A stretch of DNA of 14,744 nt from Candidatus Eiseniibacteriota bacterium (GTDB taxonomy: Bacteria; ARS69), in contig JBQTGV010000096.1 of assembly GCA_052390515.1 (NCBI GenBank), positions 1-14,744 on the forward strand, in the 5' to 3' direction. Both the position numbers and the translations under genes were made by a program. This document shows, in pieces, positions 1-7,298 of this stretch (the stretch's first letter is position 1; each line of letters opens with the position of its first letter). The notes under the pieces were generated by a model that saw nothing but the letters and a program-made list of their open reading frames with translations, ran no database searches and was not told the DNA's origin.

Positions 1-110
1 GTCCGGAGCCACGGACGGCGGAGGCCGGCGGCCACGAAGCGAGCGAGGCACGGATGCCGAGCGAGCGTAAGCGAGGCCATCTGATCAGTTCTTTCGAGAC
101 GGAACACTAG
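1..110. repeat. Probable right end of a MITE-like or IS630-related structured repeat (left part outside window)
   Basis: Ends in ...GAGACGGAACAC-TAG (CTAG at 107-110), resembling IS630-type termini with TA targets. Interior has ACGGA-loop hairpins (8-19, 47-58) and GCGA reiterations. The + frame is open from base 3 to TAG 108-110 (...LISSFETEH*). The other end is not visible. Confidence 0.4.
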
Positions 111-334
111 TCCGAGGTGCCCTGCTCGCCCTGGCTGGCCCACGCGCGTCGCGCGGCCGCCGCCCGCGCGGCGACGACCGATGTCCGGCTGTCGACTTCG
201 AGCGTGGCTCCGGTCAGGGTCCCGAGCGTCGCGAGGTCCGAGCCGCGGAAGCCGATGGCGTCACAGTCGGGAACAGTGATCAGGAATCCGTACCTGCCGC
301 GGCGGGCCATGAGCGCGCCGTAGAACCTCGCCAT
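107..334 (-). CDS. Small hypothetical protein (75 aa), weak HicB-like N-terminal pattern
   Basis: MARFYGALMARRGRYGFLITVPDCDAIGFRGSDLATL...; third codon positions mostly G/C. No clear SD before ATG 334; an alternative in-frame GTG at 361 has AGGAG 4 nt upstream. Confidence 0.4.
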   Translation of the reverse strand: MARFYGALMARRGRYGFLITVPDCDAIGFRGSDLATLGTLTGATLEVDSRTSVVAARAAAARRAWASQGEQGTSD

Positions 335-345
335 CGGCGACCGAG

Positions 346-375
346 TTGAACTGACCCCCACGAGGCTCCTAGAAT
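346..375 (+). promoter_or_regulatory. Sigma70-type promoter for the 458-1312 gene
   Basis: TTGAAC (346-351), 18-nt spacer, TAGAAT (370-375): near-consensus -35/-10 in an otherwise very GC-rich region. SD GGAGGAG at 443-449 precedes TTG 458. Confidence 0.6.
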
Positions 376-457
376 CCGGCGGCTCGATCGAATCCCGAGT
401 GCCCCACCCGCGCCGCCCCACGGCGCGGTTCCCCCGTCCTCTGGAGGAGATGCCGCT

Positions 458-1312
458 TTGAAGCTGACCTACCCATTGTCCGCCCGCACTGCGCGGCTGC
501 TTCGACCCGTCACCCCATGGCTCGGCCTGCTGATGCTGACCGCCCCACTGGTCGCGCCACGGCCCGCCGATGCGCAGATCCAGATCGGATTCTGCCAGGG
601 CCCTCCCGGCCTCGTGACCGTCACCGTCGAGTTCGTGATCTGCTGTCCGCCGATCGGCGCCATCTCCACCGTCTCGGCAACAGCGGGGCCGGTGGACTGC
701 ACCTCCCCTCCCGCGGTGATGGCCGCTCTCGGCACCGCGATCGGCGGGATCATGTTCGGCGGCGCGCCCGTCTTCGGTGCCCCGTTCCCCGTCCCGAGTC
801 CGGTGCCCGGCCAAGGTCGCATCGAGATCCCGCTGGCTCCAGGATTCGCCGCGAGCGGTTGCTGCGTGATCGGCGGCGGGATCGACTTCGACTGCGGAAC
901 GTTCTCTCTGCGCATCGATTCGCCGTGCGCGAAGACCGGTGATCCAGGCGACCGCGGGCGGAAGACGAAGATCTGCTTCCTCGCGCCCCCGCCGGGACCG
1001 TCGACGTTCGCCGTCATGTTCGAGGGCTGTCCGATCATCCTGGTGCCGCTCGACGGCACGGAGACCGCGGCCGGAGCACGTGACAAGGTGCTGGCGGCGC
1101 TGCTCGCCGCCGGGTACACGGCGTTCATCAACTCCGATGGCAAGCTCGAGGTGACCCTCGACTGCGACGGCACGCTCCCCGCGGGGGTCGACGAGGTCGG
1201 GCTGGCGGGCGGACTGCCCATGCCGCTCGGGGTGATCATCTGCCCGCCGGAGCTGCCGGTCGGCGTGGAGGATCGCAGCTGGGGTCGGGTCAAGGACTCC
1301 TGGGGCCGCTGA
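458..1312 (+). CDS. Secreted cysteine-rich hypothetical protein with C-terminal SWGxxK motif
   Basis: TTG start 8 nt after GGAGGAG; basic n-region, hydrophobic h-region and A-D-A|Q cleavage site; 12 Cys in the mature part; ends PVGVEDRSWGRVKDSWGR; high GC3. Confidence 0.85.
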   Translation: MKLTYPLSARTARLLRPVTPWLGLLMLTAPLVAPRPADAQIQIGFCQGPPGLVTVTVEFVICCPPIGAISTVSATAGPVDCTSPPAVMAALGTAIGGIMFGGAPVFGAPFPVPSPVPGQGRIEIPLAPGFAASGCCVIGGGIDFDCGTFSLRIDSPCAKTGDPGDRGRKTKICFLAPPPGPSTFAVMFEGCPIILVPLDGTETAAGARDKVLAALLAAGYTAFINSDGKLEVTLDCDGTLPAGVDEVGLAGGLPMPLGVIICPPELPVGVEDRSWGRVKDSWGR

Positions 1313-1325
1313 GCGGAAGACCTAC

Positions 1326-1353
1326 CCGGGCGCGGGCTCGGTCCCGCGCCCGG
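1326..1353. terminator. GC-rich hairpin between convergent genes (possible bidirectional terminator)
   Basis: Perfect 11-bp inverted repeat CCGGGCGCGGG/CCCGCGCCCGG with a 6-nt loop, between stops at 1312 and 1389. No U-tract on either strand. Confidence 0.5.
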
Positions 1354-1388
1354 TCCTGCCCCCCGGGCGCACGGAGCGCCGGACCAGC

Positions 1389-2525
1389 TCACTCGAACCG
1401 GAACACCCGGGCCGCCAGCGCGGTGACCGCCGCCGCCAGCGCCAGGATCACCGCCAGATGCGGCAGCGCGCTCGCGGCTCCCGCGCCGAACGTCACGAGC
1501 CGATGCATCGCGTCCATCGTGATCCCCGTCGGCAGGAACAGCTGCAGCTTCTGCATCCACTCCGGCGTGATCTCGATCGGCCACCAGCAGCCGCCGAGCG
1601 CGGCCAGCACGTTGGACGAGATGACGCCGACGGCCGCCGCCTGACCCTCGGAACGCGCCAGGCTCCCCAGCAGCACGCCGATTCCCGCGGTGAGGACCCC
1701 GTAGGCGAGCAGTACGACGATCACCATCGGTAGGTCCGCACCCCAGCGCATGCCGAAGAGCGCGCTGCCGGCACCCATGGCGAACGCGATCTGGACGACG
1801 CCCAGCGCGAACTTGCCGAGCAGCTTGCCCACCACCACCGCCAGCCGGCTCATCGGCGCCGACGCGAGCCGGCGCAGCAGCCCCTGCTCCCGCTCCACCA
1901 CCAGCATGATCGCGCCGCTCGTCGTCATCACCAGCAGGATGAACATCACCATCGTCCCAGGAATCGCCTGCTCGAATCCGGTCGGCGCGAGCTGCTTCTT
2001 GCCAGCCGACTTCACGTCCAGAGTGAGCGCCCGCGGCGTCGCGTCCAGCTCCGCGAACGCCGCCGCGAGCGTCGACTCCGGACGCTCGCGCGCCACCACG
2101 AGGTCGGCCAGCACCGCGTACACCGCCCGGCCGGCGCGCACGTTCTCGTAGCTCGCGCCCATGCCTTCGCCGCGGTGCTCGTACTCGACCTTCGTGCGCA
2201 CGCCGGCCAGCACGGAGTCGGTGAACGCCGCCGGCACCCGCAGCCGCCGCGAGAACTCCCGCTCGGGGTCATCCTGCGGACCGACGACGACGTACTCCTG
2301 CCCCTCCAGCCGCATCGCCAAGCGCTCCGCAAGCAGCCCGGCCGTCGAATCCGCGTCCACCACGATCCGCGTCGGTGACGTCCCGCCCGAGCCGAATCCG
2401 CCGGTGATCGTCCCGATGAAGAAGAAGAACACGATCGGCATGACGAAGACCCAGAGAAGCGTCTCGCGCCGGCGCAGCATGTACTGTACGTCCTTCCCGG
2501 CGACGAAGAGCGCGGCGCGCAGCAC
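1389..2525 (-). CDS. ABC-2 type exporter permease (ABC2_membrane_3-like)
   Basis: Likely GTG start at 2525, 5 nt after the upstream stop (MLRAALFVAGKDVQYMLRRRETLLWVFVMP). One TM helix, a large soluble loop, then EREQGLLRRLASAP, GKLLG and LGGCWWPIEITPEWMQKL, typical of ABC-2 permeases. Confidence 0.92.
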   Translation of the reverse strand: MLRAALFVAGKDVQYMLRRRETLLWVFVMPIVFFFFIGTITGGFGSGGTSPTRIVVDADSTAGLLAERLAMRLEGQEYVVVGPQDDPEREFSRRLRVPAAFTDSVLAGVRTKVEYEHRGEGMGASYENVRAGRAVYAVLADLVVARERPESTLAAAFAELDATPRALTLDVKSAGKKQLAPTGFEQAIPGTMVMFILLVMTTSGAIMLVVEREQGLLRRLASAPMSRLAVVVGKLLGKFALGVVQIAFAMGAGSALFGMRWGADLPMVIVVLLAYGVLTAGIGVLLGSLARSEGQAAAVGVISSNVLAALGGCWWPIEITPEWMQKLQLFLPTGITMDAMHRLVTFGAGAASALPHLAVILALAAAVTALAARVFRFE

Positions 2526-2530
2526 GTCGG

Positions 2531-3778
2531 TCAGCCCCTGGCGAAGTCGTGGAGACGCCGTACGCTCCACAGGAAGAGGACACCGCCCACGGCGAAGAGC
2601 CCGGCAAGAGCGACGAGGAACGACGATGCCACCATCTCGCCCTCGAGAATCGCCTGGAGCTGCGCCAGCGCCCATCCGTTCGGGGTGAGCTTCCCGACGG
2701 CCGCCATGCCCTCGGGCATGATCTCGAAGGGGAAGAAGTTCCCGCCCACCATGAGCAGGGGGAACACGAGGGCCATGGCGAGGACGCCGGCGGTCCGCTC
2801 GCTGGAGGCGTGCAGCATGATCACGAGCAGGATGGTGATCAGCACGACGCCGGAGAACGTCGCCCAGAGGACGGCGAGCGGGAAGCGAGCAGCCGGCAGC
2901 CCGAAGTAGGCCCACGCTACGCCCAGCGCCACCACGACCACGCCGAGCATCAGCCCCGCACCCGCGATCAGCTTGCCGGCCAGGAACTCGGAGATCGACC
3001 TGGGCGAGACGACGACGCGACGGAGCGTGCGCCGGTTGCGCTCGCGCCAGAAGTCCTGCGCCAGCCCCTGCGCCATGAACACCAGCGCCATGAACAGGAG
3101 CCCCGGCACGAAGAGCTGCGCTGTGGACGCGGTCGCCTCGGTCTCCCCCTCGGACTCCTCGCCGGTGGTCACCTCCAGCTCGATCACCGGCGGAAAGAGC
3201 AGGTCACCGAGCCGCTCCATCGTCTGATTGATCCGCGTGCTGAACGCCGCGATGCGCTCGTCGGGGAACGTCGTGGCGCCCTCCGGCGGCCCTTCCGCGA
3301 ACGCACGCAGATCCTCCCCGATGAGGCGGTGCAGGTAGAACGTCGCGTCGGTGAGCAGGGACAGCGCTTCCTCCACGATGTCGGGAAGGATGCGCTGCGC
3401 GGGGTTCTTGACCAGCTCGAGCGCGGCCGGGTCCTCCCGCAGGACGGCCTCGGAGAAACCCGTGGGGATGACGAGGAGCGCGGAGACTTCGCCCTTCTCG
3501 ATGCGGCGGCGACCCTCCTCCTCGGTGACCGACTCTGCCGTGAGGAAGCTGCCGGCGGCGTCCTGGCTCAGCGCGCCGACGAGGAAGTTCGAGAGGAACG
3601 TGTCGTCGAGGTCGGCGACGAGCACGTGCGCCTTCGGCTCGGGACCTTCGCGGCCGCCGAACGCCAGCGTCATCAAGAGCCCCACGATGAGCGGCAGCCC
3701 GATCCACAGCAGGAGCGAAACGGGATCACGGAGGAGCCGCTGCCAGTCCTTCTTCGCGGTGTCCCAGGCGAAGGTCAA
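2531..3778 (-). CDS. ABC-2 type exporter permease (ABC2_membrane_3-like)
   Basis: AKKDWQRLLRDP..LLLWIGLP N-terminus, large extracytoplasmic loop, ERNRRTLRRVVVSP, GK, GGNFFPFEIMP and TPNGWA motifs. The TTG start is uncertain. Confidence 0.92.
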   Translation of the reverse strand: MTFAWDTAKKDWQRLLRDPVSLLLWIGLPLIVGLLMTLAFGGREGPEPKAHVLVADLDDTFLSNFLVGALSQDAAGSFLTAESVTEEEGRRRIEKGEVSALLVIPTGFSEAVLREDPAALELVKNPAQRILPDIVEEALSLLTDATFYLHRLIGEDLRAFAEGPPEGATTFPDERIAAFSTRINQTMERLGDLLFPPVIELEVTTGEESEGETEATASTAQLFVPGLLFMALVFMAQGLAQDFWRERNRRTLRRVVVSPRSISEFLAGKLIAGAGLMLGVVVVALGVAWAYFGLPAARFPLAVLWATFSGVVLITILLVIMLHASSERTAGVLAMALVFPLLMVGGNFFPFEIMPEGMAAVGKLTPNGWALAQLQAILEGEMVASSFLVALAGLFAVGGVLFLWSVRRLHDFARG

Positions 3779-3820
3779 GGTGACCCCATTGCTTCCGCAC
3801 CGCCCCAGGCGAAGGTCAAG
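3763..3820. repeat. Perfect 17-bp direct repeat (CCCAGGCGAAGGTCAAG x2, 41-bp period)
   Basis: Copies at 3763-3779 and 3804-3820, spanning the permease start and the intergenic region after the ATPase. Confidence 0.9.
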
Positions 3821-3829
3821 ATGGACGCC

Positions 3830-4759
3830 TCACTCGCGGAGCTCCTTGCCGGTCAGCTTGATGAAGAGCGTCTCCAGGCTCGGCTGGGTGAGCGTCGTCT
3901 CCCGCACGTCCGAACCCGCAGCGGCCAGCGCCTCGAAGATGACCGGCAGCCGCGCCGACGCGCGCGACGCCGCGAGCGTCACGCCGTCCGCCTCGGCCTG
4001 CACGACTTCGACGTCGCCGAGCCGGGACACGGCGCTCGTGACCTTCGCCGGATCGAAGACGCCGGCGAGCCGCAGCAAGTCCCGCTCGCCCATGAGCGCG
4101 CGCAGCTCGGCGAGCGTTCCCGCCGCGATGATCTTTCCGTGGTCGACGATGGCGAGCTTGTCGCAGAGGGTCTCCGCCTCCTCCATATAGTGGGTCGTGT
4201 AGAGGACGCTGGTGCCCTTCGTCGTCTCCGCGCGCACCAGCTCGAGCAGTCGCACCCGGCTCTGCGGGTCCACCCCGACGGTCGGCTCGTCGAGCAGGAG
4301 CACCGCGGGCTCGTGCACGATACCGCAGGCGAAGTTGAGGCGGCGCTTCATGCCTCCGGAGAAGCGCTTCACCGCTTCCTTCGCCCGGTCGGCGAGCCCT
4401 ACCGTCTCGAGCACGGCGTCGATGCGCCGCTCGAGCCCGTCGCCGCGCAGGCCGTACGCCGCGCCCCAGTAGGCGAGGTTCTCGCGCGCGGACAGGTCCT
4501 CGTAAAGAGCGAGCTCCTGCGGGACGATGCCGAGCCGCTCGCGCGACGCGCGCGCATCGGTGACGACGTCATGACCGAGCACACTGACCCGGCCGGAGCT
4601 TGGCTTCAGCAGCCCGGAGATGCAGCCGATGGTCGTCGTCTTTCCGGCGCCGTTCGGACCGAGCAGGCCGAAGACGGCGCCCGGCTCCGCGGTGAAGCTC
4701 ACGTCGCCGACGGCGACGAGATCCCCGTACTGCTTGCGCAGGCCCTCGACTCGAATCAC
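3830..4759 (-). CDS. ABC exporter ATP-binding protein (DrrA/LnrL-like)
   Basis: Walker A GPNGAGKTT, signature FSGGMKRR, Walker B LLLDEPT, H-loop TTHYM, C-terminal PSLETLFIKLTGKELRE; GGAGG SD before the GTG. Confidence 0.96.
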   Translation of the reverse strand: MIRVEGLRKQYGDLVAVGDVSFTAEPGAVFGLLGPNGAGKTTTIGCISGLLKPSSGRVSVLGHDVVTDARASRERLGIVPQELALYEDLSARENLAYWGAAYGLRGDGLERRIDAVLETVGLADRAKEAVKRFSGGMKRRLNFACGIVHEPAVLLLDEPTVGVDPQSRVRLLELVRAETTKGTSVLYTTHYMEEAETLCDKLAIVDHGKIIAAGTLAELRALMGERDLLRLAGVFDPAKVTSAVSRLGDVEVVQAEADGVTLAASRASARLPVIFEALAAAGSDVRETTLTQPSLETLFIKLTGKELRE

Positions 4760-4795
4760 CGCCAGCCTCCGGAGGCGGCGGCAGTGTACGCGCGG

Positions 4796-7204
4796 CTACG
4801 AGCTCCTGTCCACGCGCGGCAGCAGGAGCTCCACGACGAGCGGCAGGTGATCCGACGCCACGCGCGTGAGTCTCGACCGCGGCACGTGCGCCCCGGCGAC
4901 GCGGACGTCCTCGCTGACGAAGACGTGATCGATCCGGCGAAGGGGGACGCGCCCGCTCCAGGTGTGCGCGGCGTCGCGGGGTCCGTCGGCGGCGACGTTG
5001 CGAAGGACCCGCTCGATCGTGCGGGCCGTCCACGAGCCGGCGGACGCATTGAAGTCTCCGGCGAGCACTCGTGTGTCGCGGCCCTCCGAGCGCCGGAGCC
5101 AGTTGTCGACCAGGTCGGCGGCCTGGAGCCTCCGCTCCCGCTCGTGGATGGAAAGATGCGTGTTCAGCACCTGCACCACGACGCCGTCGAGGTCGACCTC
5201 CACCCACAGCACGCCGCGCGCCGGCAGGGCGATCCGGGAGTCGAGGCGCGGCAGGGCGCCCGAGGCCCGCAGCCGCAGCGCGTGCGAGGACAGCACCGCG
5301 TTCCCGAAGAGTCCGTCGTCGATCTCGGCGACCGCGTGGAACCGGAACTCCTTCTCCAGTTGCCGCGCGATCTCCACCGCCTGCTCCACGCCGCCGGAGC
5401 GCGTCCGCCCGTGATCCAGCTCCTGCAGGCAGACGACGTCGGCGCTCGCCCGGGCGATCACCCGTGCGATGCGCTGCGTCGAGTACCGGCCGTCCATGCC
5501 GCGGCAGCCGTGCACGTTGTACGTCATGACGCGGATGCGCCGGATGCGTGGATCCGGTTCTGATCGCCGGGCGCGCGCCCGCCGGATGGAGATGTGCGGC
5601 GTCCGCGGATCCAGCACGTCGCGGGCCAGGGAGCGGAGGTCGAGCGGGCGCAGCGCCGCGCCGGCCGGCAGCCGGTGCGACATCTCCGGAGGGAGCAGCA
5701 GGAACGCGGAGGTCTCGCGCGGGCCCGCGCTTCCGTGCGCGCCGTTCTCGATCTTGAAGGAGATCGAGCCGTTGCGGCTCCACCCGAGCAGGGTCAGCTC
5801 CCCGGCGCTCTCGTGATGCACCACGCGCAGCACGTCCTCGGCCACCTGCTCGCGGTACGGATGATCGCCCAGGATCTCCGCGGAGTCGGCCGGGAGGCGA
5901 AGAGGCCGCGCGCTCCCGGTCCAGACGAGTGCCGCCCCGTCGGCGTCCGCGGCCAGCACCATCGGCACGCCGCCCTCGGTGGCCATCGCCAGGGCGAGCT
6001 CGTCCCGCCGCTGCACCGCCGTGCCCCGCGGCAAGTACACGAACCCGACCGAACCGCGGTGCACCACTCGCGGCGCGCCGGGCTGCCCGGCGGGCACTGG
6101 CTCCGGACCGGACTGCTGCCGGCGCAGCCACTCGGAGCGCGACCGCGCGGCCGCCTCCGCGAGCGCCCGGGGGTCCGGTGCCGCGGGCGGATCCTGCCTC
6201 CCCTCCAACCGGTCCCAAATGCGGGTGACCACGTCGGCGACGTCGCCGTGACGCTTGCGATAGGCCACGACCGGCTCCTGCCCGTGATCCGAGTAGATCC
6301 ACACCTGGTAGTCGCGGCGTGGCGAGCGGTGCGCAGCGAGCCAGATCCTGCGCATCGAGCGGTCGATCCCCTTGAGCGTCCAGAGGGCGAACGCCGAGTC
6401 GGGCCCCCGGCGATGACCGTGCTCGTCGTAGCCCAGGAAGTTGACGTGAATCACGGGAAGGCCGCGCTCCGCGTCGACGGCGGCTCCGGCGGTGACGATC
6501 TCGCGCATGACCGCGGTCACCGCCACGCGCTCGAGGATGAAGCGCAGCTCCGCGCGAACCTGGCGGCCGGCCAGCGTGCCCCGGACGAAGTCGAGGACGG
6601 CGAGGCCGAGTTCCACGACGAAGTTCGCGACCACGCGGATGGCACTCCACGTGTGCCACACTGCCAGCGCAGCGAGGTGCAACGGATTCAGCGCGCCCAG
6701 GAGATGACCGAAGCCCGTGGTCGACGCGCAGAGGTGCGACTCGGCGGCGCCGCCGGCGTAGATGTCGGACCACGCAGAGCCGCCGGCGAGCAAGCCCTTG
6801 CCCCGCGCCTCCAGCCGCCCCTGGATCTCCCGGCTGTCCGCCCAGCCGTTCATGACCATCTCGCGGCCGGTCTCTCGGTCCAGGAACCCGAAGCCGGGGA
6901 CGACGGCCTTCACGCCGTAGAAGAGCTCGCCCTGGAAGGCGGGAGTGTTGCTCGGCATCCCCGAGTACAGCGCATGAAGGCCGTACCCCTCGTCCTCGAC
7001 GAGGTGGCGAAGGAAGGGCATCTTGCCCTCGGCCATCGCGCGGGTGAGGACCGCTTCGCCGAGGCCGTCGATCTGCAGGAGCACGAGCCCCGGCTCGTCT
7101 CCGCGTCCCGCCTCGGGTCGGTGGCCGAGGAGCCGCGCGCTCCAGCGGTTGCGGCTGACCAGCCGGCGGATGTGGCTGCCCAAGATCTCGAACCGGTCGA
7201 TCAT
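4796..7204 (-). CDS. Fusion of alkaline-phosphatase-superfamily (type I phosphodiesterase/NPP-like) and endonuclease/exonuclease/phosphatase (EEP) domains
   Basis: Start set to ATG 7204 (GGGGGA upstream; MIDRFEILG), which avoids overlap with the divergent gene. AlkP motifs: QIDGL, PSNTPA, YDEHGH, SDHGQ, GAHG. EEP motifs: TYNVH, LQELD, GNAVLS, NTHL, GDFN, IDHVF, SDHLP. Confidence 0.9.
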   Translation of the reverse strand: MIDRFEILGSHIRRLVSRNRWSARLLGHRPEAGRGDEPGLVLLQIDGLGEAVLTRAMAEGKMPFLRHLVEDEGYGLHALYSGMPSNTPAFQGELFYGVKAVVPGFGFLDRETGREMVMNGWADSREIQGRLEARGKGLLAGGSAWSDIYAGGAAESHLCASTTGFGHLLGALNPLHLAALAVWHTWSAIRVVANFVVELGLAVLDFVRGTLAGRQVRAELRFILERVAVTAVMREIVTAGAAVDAERGLPVIHVNFLGYDEHGHRRGPDSAFALWTLKGIDRSMRRIWLAAHRSPRRDYQVWIYSDHGQEPVVAYRKRHGDVADVVTRIWDRLEGRQDPPAAPDPRALAEAAARSRSEWLRRQQSGPEPVPAGQPGAPRVVHRGSVGFVYLPRGTAVQRRDELALAMATEGGVPMVLAADADGAALVWTGSARPLRLPADSAEILGDHPYREQVAEDVLRVVHHESAGELTLLGWSRNGSISFKIENGAHGSAGPRETSAFLLLPPEMSHRLPAGAALRPLDLRSLARDVLDPRTPHISIRRARARRSEPDPRIRRIRVMTYNVHGCRGMDGRYSTQRIARVIARASADVVCLQELDHGRTRSGGVEQAVEIARQLEKEFRFHAVAEIDDGLFGNAVLSSHALRLRASGALPRLDSRIALPARGVLWVEVDLDGVVVQVLNTHLSIHERERRLQAADLVDNWLRRSEGRDTRVLAGDFNASAGSWTARTIERVLRNVAADGPRDAAHTWSGRVPLRRIDHVFVSEDVRVAGAHVPRSRLTRVASDHLPLVVELLLPRVDRSS

Positions 7205-7298
7205 CGGGAAATCCCCCGCATGTCTCCAGGATACGCTACGATGCTCCGGTCGACCGCCGGTGCTGGGCCCTTCGCCCGGGAACGGCTCGAGGAGGCGA
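7205..7298. promoter_or_regulatory. Divergent promoter region
   Basis: 94-bp gap between divergent starts. TAnnnT -10-like hexamers on both strands: TACGAT (+, 7237-7242) and TATCCT (-, 7233-7228). SD GAGGAGG at 7289-7295. Confidence 0.45.

Noticed and set aside
450-461. Mini-ORF ATG CCG CTT TGA overlapping the TTG start at 458
   Set aside because: The ATG directly abuts the SD, too close for initiation; SD spacing fits TTG 458.
3763-3820. Direct repeat as a CRISPR remnant
   Set aside because: Only two 17-bp copies with a 24-bp spacer, one copy is coding, and no cas genes are present.
2549-5563. 1004-aa plus-strand ORF
   Set aside because: Antisense shadow of the permease, ATPase and EEP genes; no motifs; long stop-free antisense frames are expected at this GC content.
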